From assembly GCA_965228855.1 (NCBI GenBank), contig CBDDIJ010000002.1, forward strand, positions 2,176,001-2,240,000: 64,000 nucleotides of DNA, written 5' to 3'. Made by a program: the position numbers and the translations under genes. Numbering within the stretch: the stretch's first letter is position 1; the number at the start of each line of letters is the position of its first letter. Source of the stretch: Candidatus Obscuribacterales bacterium. GTDB taxonomy: Bacteria; Cyanobacteriota; Vampirovibrionia; Obscuribacterales; Obscuribacteraceae. The notes beneath the pieces were generated by a model. That model was not told the origin of the DNA. It did not search any database and was given only the letters and a program-made list of their open reading frames with translations. This document shows positions 9,756 through 20,938 of this stretch, one piece after another.

Positions 9756-9790
9756 GTCTCCAAAAATAAAGCAAAGATCCCGGAGGACCC

Positions 9791-12640
9791 ATGAGTCAAC
9801 TCACCCAAGATGCATCCGTTATAGCCCATCTCCAGCAGTCTTTCGAAGGCGCGACAACGGATGGTCGTTTTCTCAAGTACAAAGTACTGCGTCGAGAGGG
9901 CGTTATCGCCGACTTCCAACCACATAAGGTTTCGGTCGCTATGACGAAAGCGTTCCTCGCCGTTGAAGGAAATCATGGTGATGAAAGCTCGAAGATTAGA
10001 GACCTCGTGCGTAAGTTGACGGAGCAGGTTGTCGAAACTTTGCTTCACCGTCTCCCGGACGGTGGTGTTTTTCATATCGAACATATTCAGGATCAAGTTG
10101 AACTCGCGCTGATGCGCGCGGGCGAACATGAAGTGGCGAGAAGTTATGTTCTATATAGAAGTGAGCGCGCTCGCCAACGCTCTCAGGAGACCGCTACGCC
10201 GGCAGTGTCTGCCAAAGGCGCGCTCTCAGTGACATTGACTGATGGAACGACGAAGGCGCTCGATAGAGAGGAGCTACTGAACGTTGTGCGTTTGGCAGCT
10301 TCTGGTCTCGATGCAGCGGTTTCACCCGAGAAAATTTTGAACTCAGCCATCGAGGGTCTCTACGACGGCGTCAAAGAAGGCGACGTCTGGAAATCGCTGG
10401 TTTATAGTTCAAGAGCTTTGATCGAACAGGAACCGGACTACACGTTCGTGACCGCTCGCCTTTTGTTGCATGATATCCGTCGTGAGGTTCTTGGTGAGGA
10501 AGTTCGTCAAGACGAAATGTCTACACGTTATGCGGAGTACTTTAAGAGCTATATCAAAACCGGCATCAATGCTGGTTTGCTGGATGAGAAACTGGCGGAG
10601 TACGATCTCGAAAAAATCGGTGCTGCGTTGAACGCAGACCGCGACTTGAAATTCCAATATCTTGGATTGCAGACTCTCTACGATCGTTACTTATTGCACT
10701 CCGACGGTGTGCGCTTCGAGCTTCCGCAGGCATTCTGGATGCGAGTCGCCATGGGGCTGGCGCTGCAGGAAGTTGACAGAGAAACTCGCGCGATCGAGTT
10801 CTACAACTTGCTTTCCTCGTTCAACTTTGTGTCATCAACGCCCACCTTGTTCAATTCGGGAACGCGCCGTTCGCAACTCTCATCTTGCTTCCTCACCACC
10901 GTTGGTGATGATTTGAACGACATCTATGATTCGATTCGCGAAAATGCTTTGCTGTCGAAATACAGTGGCGGTCTGGGAAATGACTGGACACCAGTGCGCG
11001 CTCTTGGCGCTCACATCAAGGGAACGAACGGCAAGAGTCAAGGTGTAGTTCCCTTCCTGAAAGTCGTAAACGATACAGCCGTAGCCGTAAACCAGGGCGG
11101 AAAGCGCAAAGGCGCAGTGTGCTGTTATTTGGAAACCTGGCACCTGGATATCGAAGAGTTTCTCGAGTTGAGAAAAAACACCGGCGACGATCGCCGCAGA
11201 ACTCACGATATGAACACTGCCAATTGGATACCCGACCTGTTTATGCATCGCGTAATGACCGATGGGCAGTGGACTTTGTTCAGTCCGGACGAGACGCCTG
11301 ACTTGCATGATACATACGGTGCCGAGTTCAAAGAGGCTTATGAACGTTATGAAGCGCTTGCCGATGCCGGCAAACTGAAGATCTTCAAGCGCACATCAGC
11401 TGTTTCCCTCTGGCGCAAGATGCTTACAATGCTTTTTGAAACCGGTCATCCCTGGATAACATTCAAAGACGCGTGTAACCTGAGAAGTCCGCAACAACAC
11501 GCAGGTGTTGTTCACAGCTCAAACCTTTGCACCGAGATCACTTTGAACACGTCGTCCACCGAAACGGCTGTTTGTAACCTCGGCTCGGTCAACCTTGTCG
11601 AGCACTTCAAAAATGGAGTTCTCGACCTGGAGAAGTTAGAGCGTACCTGCAAAATTGCAATGCGAATGCTCGATAACGTTATCGACATCAACTATTACAG
11701 TGTTCCGAAAGCGAGAAATGCCAACCTTCGCCACCGCCCGGTCGGTCTGGGCTTGATGGGCTTCCAGGATGTTTTGCTTTCGCTTGGAATTCCGTACTCG
11801 TCGAAGGAGGCCGTCGAGCTTGCCGATTCGACTCAGGAAGCGATCAGCTACTATGCGATTCTTGCAAGCAGTCAACTCGCCGGCGAACGTGGTGCCTATG
11901 CCTCTTATCCGGGCTCGCTCTGGTCGAAGGGCATCCTGCCTATCGACAGTCTCGATATTCTTTCGAATACTCGCCGCGACACACTCGGAGTTGCTGTAGA
12001 TGTGGATCGTTCATCCAAACTCGACTGGCAGCCGGTTAGAGACAGCATCGCCAAGCACGGCATGCGTAATAGTAACTGTCTCGCCATCGCACCGACTGCC
12101 ACTATCGCCAACATCGCTGGTGTCAGTCCATCAATCGAGCCTACGTTCCAAAACCTCTATGTGAAGTCCAATCTTTCAGGCGAATTCACGGTACTGAATG
12201 CGTACCTGGTGGCTGATTTGAAAGCTCGTGGTTTGTGGGATGAAGTCATGATTCACGACCTCAAATATTTCGACGGAAGCGTCATGCCAATCGATAGAAT
12301 CCCGCAAGAAGTTAAGGCTGTTTATGCGACGGCATTCGAAATCGACCCGCGCTGGCTGGTCGAGTGCGGGTCGCGCAGGCAGAAGTGGCTTGACCAATCA
12401 CAGAGTTTGAACCTCTACATGAGTGAGCCTGGCGGCAAAAAGCTGGACGACCTTTATAAGATGGCTTGGCAGAAAGGCTTGAAGACGACCTATTACTTGC
12501 GCACGCTGAGCGCGACCTACGCAGAGAAATCGACTGTGCACACCGGCGCACTGAATGCGGTGCCGCAGGCTTCATCCAGTATGGTCGTAATGGGCGCGGT
12601 TTGCGATCCAAACGACAAAGAATGCGAAGCCTGTCAATAA
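9791..12640 (+). CDS. nrdA: class Ia ribonucleotide reductase alpha subunit with N-terminal ATP-cone region
   Basis: [39 protein letters not shown]-terminal CEAC; GGAGG RBS. Confidence 0.98.
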   Translation: MSQLTQDASVIAHLQQSFEGATTDGRFLKYKVLRREGVIADFQPHKVSVAMTKAFLAVEGNHGDESSKIRDLVRKLTEQVVETLLHRLPDGGVFHIEHIQDQVELALMRAGEHEVARSYVLYRSERARQRSQETATPAVSAKGALSVTLTDGTTKALDREELLNVVRLAASGLDAAVSPEKILNSAIEGLYDGVKEGDVWKSLVYSSRALIEQEPDYTFVTARLLLHDIRREVLGEEVRQDEMSTRYAEYFKSYIKTGINAGLLDEKLAEYDLEKIGAALNADRDLKFQYLGLQTLYDRYLLHSDGVRFELPQAFWMRVAMGLALQEVDRETRAIEFYNLLSSFNFVSSTPTLFNSGTRRSQLSSCFLTTVGDDLNDIYDSIRENALLSKYSGGLGNDWTPVRALGAHIKGTNGKSQGVVPFLKVVNDTAVAVNQGGKRKGAVCCYLETWHLDIEEFLELRKNTGDDRRRTHDMNTANWIPDLFMHRVMTDGQWTLFSPDETPDLHDTYGAEFKEAYERYEALADAGKLKIFKRTSAVSLWRKMLTMLFETGHPWITFKDACNLRSPQQHAGVVHSSNLCTEITLNTSSTETAVCNLGSVNLVEHFKNGVLDLEKLERTCKIAMRMLDNVIDINYYSVPKARNANLRHRPVGLGLMGFQDVLLSLGIPYSSKEAVELADSTQEAISYYAILASSQLAGERGAYASYPGSLWSKGILPIDSLDILSNTRRDTLGVAVDVDRSSKLDWQPVRDSIAKHGMRNSNCLAIAPTATIANIAGVSPSIEPTFQNLYVKSNLSGEFTVLNAYLVADLKARGLWDEVMIHDLKYFDGSVMPIDRIPQEVKAVYATAFEIDPRWLVECGSRRQKWLDQSQSLNLYMSEPGGKKLDDLYKMAWQKGLKTTYYLRTLSATYAEKSTVHTGALNAVPQASSSMVVMGAVCDPNDKECEACQ

Positions 12641-12668
12641 CATTAGATTGGAAACTGGAGAAATAACT

Positions 12669-14000
12669 ATGTTGAGTTTTGATGATTATGCTGCTGGCTC
12701 TGCCACTGAAGGTGGTGCTGCCAAGAAAGAGGGAAGTGTATTAGATTTCACTCCGGCGACGCAGCCCAGTGTACCGCACAGCATCTCGATGGCTCCCAGC
12801 CTGCCGGCTAATTCTCAGCCTCCGCAGACTACGGCTTCAACTGCCGCGCTTCCAAACGCAGCTGCAACTCAAAACGTGCCACCAGCGAGCGCGCAACGAG
12901 TACCCACGAGCGGTCAGCCACAGCTGGCTGGAAACGGTTCCGGTCCTGGCGTTACCGGCGTCGAGAAGATTGCTTTCAACAGCGGACGGATCAACGTTGA
13001 CGACAAACGCATCATCAACTGCCGCGCTGATTTAAACCAGCTTGTTCCATTCAAATACGAATGGGCCTGGCAGAAATACCTGGATGGATGCGCGAATCAC
13101 TGGATGCCACAAGAGATTTCAATGAGCCGCGATATAGCGCTCTGGAAAGATCCAAACGGTTTAACTGACGACGAGCGCATGATCATCAAGCGCAATCTCG
13201 GTTTCTTCTCAACAGCCGATTCACTGGTGGCAAACAATCTGGTACTGGCGATCTACCGCCACATCACAAATCCTGAATGCCGCCAGTACTTGCTGCGCCA
13301 GGCGTTCGAAGAAGCTGTTCATACCCACGCGTATCAGTACGTCGTTGAAAGTCTCGGGTTAGACGAAGGCGAGATCTTCAATATGTACCGAGAGGTGCCG
13401 AGCATCCATGCCAAAGATGTGTTCGAACTTCAATTTACGCAGGAGCTCAGCAACCCTGATTTCGTGACAGGAACCGAAGCGACGGATCGCCGATTCTTGC
13501 GAAATTTAATCGGCTATTACATCATCATGGAAGGATTGTTCTTCTATGTCGGTTTCGTGCAGATGTTGTCGTTTGGTCGCCAGAATAAAATGACCGGCGC
13601 ATCCGAGCAGTTCCAATACATCATGCGCGATGAGTCGATGCATTTGAACTTTGGAGTTGATTTGATTAACCAGATCAAGATCGAAAATCCGCATCTCTGG
13701 ACTGCGGAGTTCGAGAAGGAGATCATCGAACTCGTTGATCAAGGTGTGCAACTCGAGTATCAATACGCAATGGACACCATGCCGCGCGGCGTGCTCGGTT
13801 TGAACGTGGAAATGTTCAGCGAATACTTGAGATTTATCGCGAATCGTCGGCTACGTCAGATTGGTATTCCGGAACAGTATCCGGGAGCCAAGAATCCGTT
13901 CCCTTGGATGAGTGAGATGATCGATTTGAAGAAGGAGAAAAACTTCTTCGAGACTCGAGTTATCGATTATCAAACCGGCGGTGCTCTCGCCTGGGATTAG
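12669..14000 (+). CDS. nrdB: class Ia ribonucleotide reductase beta subunit
   Basis: [25 protein letters not shown] (radical Tyr), EGLFFY, DESMH, NFFETRV. Confidence 0.97.
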   Translation: MLSFDDYAAGSATEGGAAKKEGSVLDFTPATQPSVPHSISMAPSLPANSQPPQTTASTAALPNAAATQNVPPASAQRVPTSGQPQLAGNGSGPGVTGVEKIAFNSGRINVDDKRIINCRADLNQLVPFKYEWAWQKYLDGCANHWMPQEISMSRDIALWKDPNGLTDDERMIIKRNLGFFSTADSLVANNLVLAIYRHITNPECRQYLLRQAFEEAVHTHAYQYVVESLGLDEGEIFNMYREVPSIHAKDVFELQFTQELSNPDFVTGTEATDRRFLRNLIGYYIIMEGLFFYVGFVQMLSFGRQNKMTGASEQFQYIMRDESMHLNFGVDLINQIKIENPHLWTAEFEKEIIELVDQGVQLEYQYAMDTMPRGVLGLNVEMFSEYLRFIANRRLRQIGIPEQYPGAKNPFPWMSEMIDLKKEKNFFETRVIDYQTGGALAWD

Positions 14001-14032
14001 TCAGCGCCGTCGCGTCCGAAAAACTTCAAGAG

Positions 14033-14086
14033 CTAGCGCCTTTATCGTTTTTGACATAAGATCGAGTCAACTGATAACGGCGCTAG
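14033..14086. terminator. long imperfect hairpin after nrdB
   Basis: CTAGCGCC-TTTATC..TTGAC / GTCAA..GATAA-C-GGCGCTAG. Confidence 0.45.
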
Positions 14087-14097
14087 ATCTATTCATC

Positions 14098-14955
14098 GTG
14101 TCAAAAAACATATTGATAGCAACGAGTGCAATCGCCATGGCGATTCAAATGCTGTGCGTCTGCGGAGTCGAAGCCAAGACCGGTGCTCTTGCAAACAATA
14201 AAGTGAGGGTCTGGAGATTCGAGCAGCGTAATCAAATTGGTAAGGCGATTGTGTTAGTCGGCGAAAACGGAATCAAAGTAACAAATCCGCATCAGAATGT
14301 AATCTGGATTTGTACCGCGCCAAAGTGGGACGTGACTATCGTCAACTACAAGTTGAATATTGGAAAGTCTGTACCACTATCTCAATGGGAGTCGCGAGGA
14401 AGCCGTTTTGAAAGCAGCCAGGCCGCCGATCCTGTTTCGCGCGAGACGATTATGTTTCAAGGAAAGCCCTGCAACAAACTCAGGTTTGAAATTTTGTCCT
14501 CAGATCCTGTGAAAGAGCGTATCGAAATGATTTATCAAACCGGCTCGCAACGAGCCAGTTCGTTCAATGCGGCTGAGGTGATTTGTAGCAATTGGTTCAA
14601 AATCAAACCTGAGATCTGTGCTTTTTTGACGGGTCTGTACAGCATTAAGCAGGTTAGTGGTGTGCTGATGAGTCAAACCTACATTTATCCAGGCAAGAGA
14701 ACTCACGTGGTCGTTTCCACTGATTCATTCAAGCAGGTTGAGGTGGACAAATCCGAGTTCAAGATCCCCACCGGATTCAAATTCGCGCATATGCATGAGA
14801 TTATGCAAGAAGAGAAGAAAGCTCTGCAGATGTCCGGCGTGATTGAGGATTTATTTTACGACGCTGCTGCGAAGAAACAGCCGGTGAGCACGAAGGCTCC
14901 AGCGAAGGGGAAAACGGAAAATAATTCGCCGGTAAAAAGTTCCCGCCAGAAATAG
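14098..14955 (+). CDS. exported hypothetical protein
   Basis: Signal-peptide-like N-terminus ending VEA; FKIPTGF near C-terminus; start uncertain. Confidence 0.7.
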   Translation: MSKNILIATSAIAMAIQMLCVCGVEAKTGALANNKVRVWRFEQRNQIGKAIVLVGENGIKVTNPHQNVIWICTAPKWDVTIVNYKLNIGKSVPLSQWESRGSRFESSQAADPVSRETIMFQGKPCNKLRFEILSSDPVKERIEMIYQTGSQRASSFNAAEVICSNWFKIKPEICAFLTGLYSIKQVSGVLMSQTYIYPGKRTHVVVSTDSFKQVEVDKSEFKIPTGFKFAHMHEIMQEEKKALQMSGVIEDLFYDAAAKKQPVSTKAPAKGKTENNSPVKSSRQK

Positions 14956-14967
14956 TTTTACAATCGC

Positions 14968-16494
14968 CTAGTTTGCGGCTCCCGCTTTTGTCTTTTGTTT
15001 CGCTTCACTACACATGTCGCCCCGTCCCGCTTGTGCAAAAGCTCCTTTGAGTGCGCGTTTCCAACCGCCGTAATCTTCCGTTCGGTCTGTCGAAGGTTTC
15101 AACTGCGCGTCGCTTTTCCAGGAGTTGTTCAGTTCCGCAAGATCTTTTATCAATCCTGATTTTAGACCTGCAAGAGCCGCGACACCCCACGCCGTTGACT
15201 CGACCTGAGAGGCGCGGAGGACCGGAATGCCGAGAACATCAGCCTGGAACTGAATCATGAAATTGTTTCTGGTCGCGCCGCCGTCAACACGAAGTTCGGA
15301 AACATGAACTCCGTTTTCCTTCATGTTGTTGGTGACATCGGCAACCTGGTACGCCATCGCTTCGAGGGCCGCTCTCACAAAGTGTTCGCGCTTTGTGCCC
15401 CGAGTGACACCGACTATGGTGCCGCGCACATCCGAGTCCCACCATGGCGAACCTAATCCTACGAGCGCAGGGACGAAGTAAACACCTTCGTTTGATTCTA
15501 TTGAACTGGCAAGCTTTTCTGTTTCATCACTGGAATCGATTATGCCAAGCCCATCCCGAAGCCATTGCACCGCTGCGCCCGTCACGAATATCGCGCCTTC
15601 AAAAGCGTAGATCGGTTTCTCTCCATCGAGCTGCCAGCCGACTGTCGTGAGAAGTCCGTCAAGAAGCTGCATTTCAGCTCCGATGTTCGCTAAAAGAAAG
15701 CTGCCTGTGCCATATGTACACTTCATCATGCCTTTGTCAAAGCACGACTGACCGAACAATGCAGCCTGTTGATCGCCAAGATTTGCCAAGATTGGCGCTT
15801 CGAAACCAACTATGGTTTTGTCGGTTACTCCAAAGTTTGCATTCGATGCCACCACGCGCGGCATCATACCCTCCGGCACATTCAATTTCTGCAGCAGTTG
15901 CTTGTCCCACTGCATGTCTCTGATATTGAAAAGCATCGTGCGGCTGGCGTTGGAAGGTTCTGTAAAGTGATTGCGTTCTTTCGTAAGTTTGCGAATTAAC
16001 CAGCTATCTATTGTCCCAAACTGAAGATCGCCTGCTGAAGCCTTTTCGCGCGCACCAGTCACGTTATCTAAAATCCAGGCGATCTTCGGTCCGGAGAAAT
16101 ACGCATCTGGAACCAGACCGGTTTTTTCACGGAACGACTCATCTGAACGCAGCTTCATCGCGGCATCTTGTGTTCTGCGGCATTGCCAGACGATAGCGTT
16201 ATGAATGGGCTTGTCACCGGATTTGGTGTCCCAGACGACCGTCGTTTCTCGCTGGTTCGTGACGCCACAAGCAGCTATCTCATCAACTTTGATACCTGCT
16301 GTTTTCACCGCTTCCTTGATGCAGTCGACCTGTGTTTCGAAGATCTCCTGAGCGTCATGTTCAACCCAGCCTGGTTTGGGGTAGTGCTGTGCAAATTCCT
16401 TTTGTCCCAAACCGAGTGCGGTGCCATCTTTGTCGAAGACGAAACAACGACAACTGGTGGTGCCCTGGTCGATGCTAACGATGTATTTAGTCAT
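14968..16494 (-). CDS. glpK: glycerol kinase
   Basis: DQGTTS, TNQRETT, YFSGPK, GDQQAALFGQ, KCTYGTG, VDGG. Confidence 0.97.
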   Translation of the reverse strand: MTKYIVSIDQGTTSCRCFVFDKDGTALGLGQKEFAQHYPKPGWVEHDAQEIFETQVDCIKEAVKTAGIKVDEIAACGVTNQRETTVVWDTKSGDKPIHNAIVWQCRRTQDAAMKLRSDESFREKTGLVPDAYFSGPKIAWILDNVTGAREKASAGDLQFGTIDSWLIRKLTKERNHFTEPSNASRTMLFNIRDMQWDKQLLQKLNVPEGMMPRVVASNANFGVTDKTIVGFEAPILANLGDQQAALFGQSCFDKGMMKCTYGTGSFLLANIGAEMQLLDGLLTTVGWQLDGEKPIYAFEGAIFVTGAAVQWLRDGLGIIDSSDETEKLASSIESNEGVYFVPALVGLGSPWWDSDVRGTIVGVTRGTKREHFVRAALEAMAYQVADVTNNMKENGVHVSELRVDGGATRNNFMIQFQADVLGIPVLRASQVESTAWGVAALAGLKSGLIKDLAELNNSWKSDAQLKPSTDRTEDYGGWKRALKGAFAQAGRGDMCSEAKQKTKAGAAN

Positions 16495-16557
16495 GCAAGC
16501 TTCCTTCGCGCTACTTGGCTACGTCGCGGTTTCCGAAGCTTAAGATCATACACGTTA

Positions 16558-18498
16558 CTAACGTGCGTGGAAGAAGGTGATCATCCGTTGAATTGCTGGA
16601 CCCAATGCTGATTGGTGGTTTACGCCTGGAAGTTCTTCCACCAGGACCGGGAATTTCTTGCTGTCCTTAGACATCTTGTTGGCTTGTTCGAGGAAGAACT
16701 TGTGTCCAGCATCCTTTTCGCCATACAGCAGAAGCATTGGGCACTTGAGATCGTCAACAAACTGTTGAGGCGACCTCATCAAGCGCTCTTCAGCGTCGCG
16801 TTGATCGAACGATGCGTGCTCGTATGCTTCGCCCGCCTCGAACATATCCGGCCGTCCGCCGCAACCAGCCGCTTTGCGCAGATGCGGAGACAACTCCGCG
16901 GCTAACATCACGGTAGTCGCACCGACACCGTGACCCGCTGCAAAGATGCTGCCCTTGTCGATTTTCTTGCGCGTCGCCATGTAGTCGATCGCTGCAACCA
17001 GGTCATCGACTTCGCCGTAGCACATCTCAAAGTCGCCCGGGTTGCCGTTCTCACCGCGCCAGGACGGAATTAGAACTGCGAACCCATGACTTACGAATGG
17101 GACTGCATTTGTGTAATCGGCGCGTGACAGCGCAAACCCATCATGCGCGAAAACCACTGCAGGAAAGGGAGGTTCTCGATCTGGCAGTACCAACCAGGCC
17201 ATCAGTTTCTTGTTGCCGGACTCATAGTAGACTACTTTCACCTGGTCCGGAGCGGTGTTATCGAATTCCTGAGGCGCCTCGGCGCGCTTGCTCAGGTTTG
17301 TTTCAAAATCTTTTCGTGTCTCTTCGAAAGTCTTGGGCGGCCGAACCGTTTGTTTCTGGCTCAGCAGAAAATATACGCCAGTGCCTAAGCCCGCCAGCAG
17401 TATGACAGCCGCTATTCCGATCAATACCGTTTTGATCGTCTTGGGATTTGGCTGCGCCCCTTCGCTGACCATTCCACCGCGCGCAGCTCCCCGTCTCGGT
17501 CTTCGTGGTGACTGACCGTCTTCTGATTCTGAAGATTCACCGGTATCCTGGTCGTCAAATTGACCTTCACCGCCGGATGCTGCATCGCCGTCACCGAAAG
17601 AACCGTCATAGTTGTTTTGATAACCTGCGTTTTGATCGGACTCATCTGAATATCCTGAATTTCCAGACTGAGCTTGCCCTAGCGGCTGAAACTCATCATG
17701 CCGTTGAACGCCAGACGCGTTTTCAAACCCACCCGAAGCATCGTGTGGTTGGAAGCCGCCGGACTGTTGCGGTACCCCGCTGCCGCCGAAACCCCCAGGC
17801 GCACCGGTTTGCGGATAGCCTCCAGAGGAGCCTTGTTGATAACTGCCCGGAGCCGCGGATTGTTGATAGCCCCCGGGAGCTTCGTGCTGCTGATGAGCAG
17901 CGGAGTTCGGCATCGGCGGGGCGCCTCTGTCCTGATAGGCACCTGGCATCGGAGGCGGACCCCCTCTCCCGGGAGGGGCTCCTCCTGGATAGCCAGGCGC
18001 CGGAGGTGGAGCCGCGCCAGGCGACGGAGGTGTCGGCTGACCATAACCGCCTGGAGCGGCTGGCCGGTCCAGATCTCCTAAATCGAATTCACTGTCCTGG
18101 TCCCAACTATCGGCTGATGTCGCCGAAGCTGGAGCCGGTGCCGCTGCAACATCGATCTCGATACTCCAGTCGCCATCAGGCTGTTTCGTAAGGGTAAAGG
18201 TCAGCCCGGGAAATATCGAATTATGCTCAAACCAGATGTCGGCAAGTTGGCGAGCCGCAGAGCGAAGCTGCTCACCGACGTCTAGAAAGCCTATGTTCGG
18301 CGCGTACTCGATCGTGCAATTCACGTTTTGCCTGGTACCGGATATGGTGCATCTTCCGGCTTGCGCGATCGGGGGTGCTCCTGAAATCACGACTGATGCG
18401 AGATGGCGCATCGCCGCTCCCCATCTTGGATCATTGCCTAGTGATTCGGTACCGCTCAATTTGCCCCTCGAATTGTCTAAGTTGAGTTTCAGCGTCAA
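16558..18498 (-). CDS. membrane-anchored alpha/beta-hydrolase-fold protein with long disordered linker; nucleophile Ser absent
   Basis: PSWRGENGNPGDFEMCYGEVDD, GHGVG elbow, GEKD, NH; single TM after G/P/Q-rich linker. Confidence 0.85.
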   Translation of the reverse strand: MTLKLNLDNSRGKLSGTESLGNDPRWGAAMRHLASVVISGAPPIAQAGRCTISGTRQNVNCTIEYAPNIGFLDVGEQLRSAARQLADIWFEHNSIFPGLTFTLTKQPDGDWSIEIDVAAAPAPASATSADSWDQDSEFDLGDLDRPAAPGGYGQPTPPSPGAAPPPAPGYPGGAPPGRGGPPPMPGAYQDRGAPPMPNSAAHQQHEAPGGYQQSAAPGSYQQGSSGGYPQTGAPGGFGGSGVPQQSGGFQPHDASGGFENASGVQRHDEFQPLGQAQSGNSGYSDESDQNAGYQNNYDGSFGDGDAASGGEGQFDDQDTGESSESEDGQSPRRPRRGAARGGMVSEGAQPNPKTIKTVLIGIAAVILLAGLGTGVYFLLSQKQTVRPPKTFEETRKDFETNLSKRAEAPQEFDNTAPDQVKVVYYESGNKKLMAWLVLPDREPPFPAVVFAHDGFALSRADYTNAVPFVSHGFAVLIPSWRGENGNPGDFEMCYGEVDDLVAAIDYMATRKKIDKGSIFAAGHGVGATTVMLAAELSPHLRKAAGCGGRPDMFEAGEAYEHASFDQRDAEERLMRSPQQFVDDLKCPMLLLYGEKDAGHKFFLEQANKMSKDSKKFPVLVEELPGVNHQSALGPAIQRMITFFHAR

Positions 18499-18615
18499 TC
18501 GAAAAACTCTATCTTATAACAATAGATCCACTCCAAAATCCGGTCAAATTTCACCACTCGTGACAACTTCGGCTATGATAAAAGTGGCGCAGATTCGTTT
18601 AAGGTGGTGATAACA

Positions 18616-18843
18616 ATGTCTATAACCTCTGACGATCCGATAAAGGGCACCTGTTGCGTTTGCGGAAAACCGGTTAATGCGCTTTTGGGCGCGATTCCGC
18701 CAGTGCCAGGTTCTAAATCAGCCAGCTGTTCGAAGTGCGGGGCAGCTACGTGTCCAGAGCATCATAAGCAGCACGAGAAGTCCTGCGGAAAAATCGAGTC
18801 GGTCATCAAGGATTGGTGCAAGACTCCGCCGCTGCTGCCTTAG
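18616..18843 (+). CDS. small Cys/His-rich putative zinc-finger protein
   Basis: CCVC, CSKC, CPEH, HEKSC; GGTG RBS-like. Confidence 0.6.
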   Translation: MSITSDDPIKGTCCVCGKPVNALLGAIPPVPGSKSASCSKCGAATCPEHHKQHEKSCGKIESVIKDWCKTPPLLP

Positions 18844-18913
18844 GGTTCTTTGCATCACGTGGATTTCTTAGCATCACCTATTAGTTGTCCCTGACGCTCA
18901 GAGCAGTTTGGCG

Positions 18914-19609
18914 TCAAACAGTCTTGATGCATTCAAGTAACGCCAATTGAACCGCTTCTTGCAAAATCGCGAGCTCATCGGCTTTTGTTTGCTTTTTCGC
19001 GTGTTTTTTCAGCGTTGCCAGTTTCGGTTTAATTTCCGACTTTGAGATGGTTTCCGCAAAGTCTTTTGGTAAAGGAACGTGGACAAAAAGCGCTGCCTTC
19101 ACTCGCTTATTCTCGCTCTGGTGGCTCAAGGTCCTGAAGTAGATGTCGTTACACACGAAGGTTCCGGCATGATTAGAGACCTCACACGGCACGCCTTGCT
19201 TGGTAAGCGCTTTCTTAATCTTATCGACCGGCACTGTTGTAAATAGAGCGTTCTGCGCGTTTGCTTCAATTTTTTGCGCTTCATGCTGATGACCATTATT
19301 GTCTTTGATCCGATAATCACGCAGATTTAGAGCGACTCTTTCCAATGAGACCGCCTTGCGCCCTTCTGCGAGCCCTGCAACCAGTACGATCAAGTCGTCG
19401 TCTTTGTATTTCTTTAGCGTTCGTTTTAGCGCTTTCCACGACTCCTTACAACAGGTTGGCAATAAGAGCTTTTCTACAGGCACTTGCTGTTTCGCCTTTA
19501 CCGAAATAACATCTGGAAACATTGCCGCCAATTCGCCACTTGGATTGAAATCCGCACCAGCAAAGGGATCGAAGCCTGCCACGATGCAGCGCAGTTGTCG
19601 CTTTTTCAT
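18914..19609 (-). CDS. pcp: pyroglutamyl-peptidase I
   Basis: GFDPF, NPS, LERVALN, SNHAGTFVCN, FVHVP. Confidence 0.93.
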   Translation of the reverse strand: MKKRQLRCIVAGFDPFAGADFNPSGELAAMFPDVISVKAKQQVPVEKLLLPTCCKESWKALKRTLKKYKDDDLIVLVAGLAEGRKAVSLERVALNLRDYRIKDNNGHQHEAQKIEANAQNALFTTVPVDKIKKALTKQGVPCEVSNHAGTFVCNDIYFRTLSHQSENKRVKAALFVHVPLPKDFAETISKSEIKPKLATLKKHAKKQTKADELAILQEAVQLALLECIKTV

Positions 19610-19702
19610 TTGTTTTTGGAGAAACCTAAATCAGTGTTTCGAACTTTCGCCAGTATAGGGCCAATGTCGAAACGTTGTTGTAGAATTGTCTATGCCTTCC
19701 GT

Positions 19703-19788
19703 GCCGAAGTGGCGAAACTGGCAGACGCAGTTGACTCAAAATCAACCGAGGCTAACACCTCGTGTGGGTTCGATTCCCTCCTTCGGCA
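19703..19788 (+). tRNA. tRNA-Leu(CAA), CCA not encoded
   Basis: GCCGAAG/CTTCGGC acceptor, GTTGA-CTCAAAA-TCAAC anticodon arm, long variable arm, GGTTCGATTCC. Confidence 0.97.
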
Positions 19789-19800
19789 CTCTTCCACAAC

Positions 19801-20829
19801 TTAATCCATATCTTTGGCTTTCATTCTGACGAATGTTTGTACTTCGCAGCTTGGACGTGCTTTCCGAAATTCATTCAGAGCCATGTCCGAAAGATGTTTG
19901 CAATTGCCTACTTGCAGGATGGCAAGTGCCGGTATCTTCATTAGTTCTCGAAGTGATTCGTCCGTGATGTTCGAGTCGCTAATGTCGAGACGAGTTATTG
20001 TTTTGCATTTCGCAATTTCTCTAACCGCACTGTCGGTGATACCAACACCAGCTAGATAGAGGCAGTGAATGCCTTTGATTTTCGACAGCTTTGCAGCACC
20101 ATCTGCGGTTATTCGAGTGAAACCAACGTTAATAGAATTGATTTCCGGGAATTTTGAGAGAAACTGAACACACTTATCGTCGACAGTTTTTGAGTACATC
20201 AAGTCAATATTCTTGATGTGTGGGAACCTCTCACTCAAAGTTTTGATGCCCTTTTCCGTAACATCGCTGCCGCGCAAGGTAATCTCGATAAGTTCTTTCG
20301 GCGCGGTCAAATGCGCGACCGTATCGTCTGTGAGTCTGCTTGTGCTATCGTAGATATTCAACTTTCTGAGCGCGGGCAATTGCGAAAAGACATCCATCTC
20401 CGCAGCGGTGACGGTGCTGCTTGTTAGCAGCAACAGACTCACAGGTTGTGTTCTCAAACTCTCGAATCCTTCTGCTGTGACGTCTGAGTAATTGAGTTCG
20501 AGGGCATCGATTCGTTTCGTTCTAGATAGCTGGCGCAAGTCCTCATTTGTGACGGGGCCGTTTGCAGCCCAGCGATCTGTTTTTCTCGCAAAGCTTGCCG
20601 TGAGCTCCGCTGGAAATGGTGATTCGCTAACATGTTTTTTCGCAAGACTTTTGTAACTCTCCTGGATTGTTTTGTCTTGCGACGGATCGGACAGAAGAAC
20701 GAATATGGCGCCGACGCCGATGAGAAGCAGTACTAAAAAGATCAAGGCGCTAACGATTAGAACGGAGGGAATTCCCTCGCGCTCTCGGTTTGACCGTGAT
20801 TTATTGTGCTGGTCGTGGTCGGAATGCAC
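19801..20829 (-). CDS. membrane-anchored leucine-rich-repeat (RNI-like) protein
   Basis: N-terminal TM; repeated LxLxxxx(V/I)TDxG units. Confidence 0.85.
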   Translation of the reverse strand: MHSDHDQHNKSRSNREREGIPSVLIVSALIFLVLLLIGVGAIFVLLSDPSQDKTIQESYKSLAKKHVSESPFPAELTASFARKTDRWAANGPVTNEDLRQLSRTKRIDALELNYSDVTAEGFESLRTQPVSLLLLTSSTVTAAEMDVFSQLPALRKLNIYDSTSRLTDDTVAHLTAPKELIEITLRGSDVTEKGIKTLSERFPHIKNIDLMYSKTVDDKCVQFLSKFPEINSINVGFTRITADGAAKLSKIKGIHCLYLAGVGITDSAVREIAKCKTITRLDISDSNITDESLRELMKIPALAILQVGNCKHLSDMALNEFRKARPSCEVQTFVRMKAKDMD

Positions 20830-20938
20830 TGCGAATTGTTGATGTTGAGGCTGATATGACTATTCTATGGTTTATTGCCTGGTCTTTGGGAATAATACAG
20901 GTATTAGTATTGATGCTTTTTGATAAACCTTACCAATT

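Noticed and set aside
12669..14000. Class Ic (Mn/Fe) RNR beta subunit
   Set aside because: Retains Asp ligand and radical Tyr, unlike the Glu/Phe pattern of class Ic
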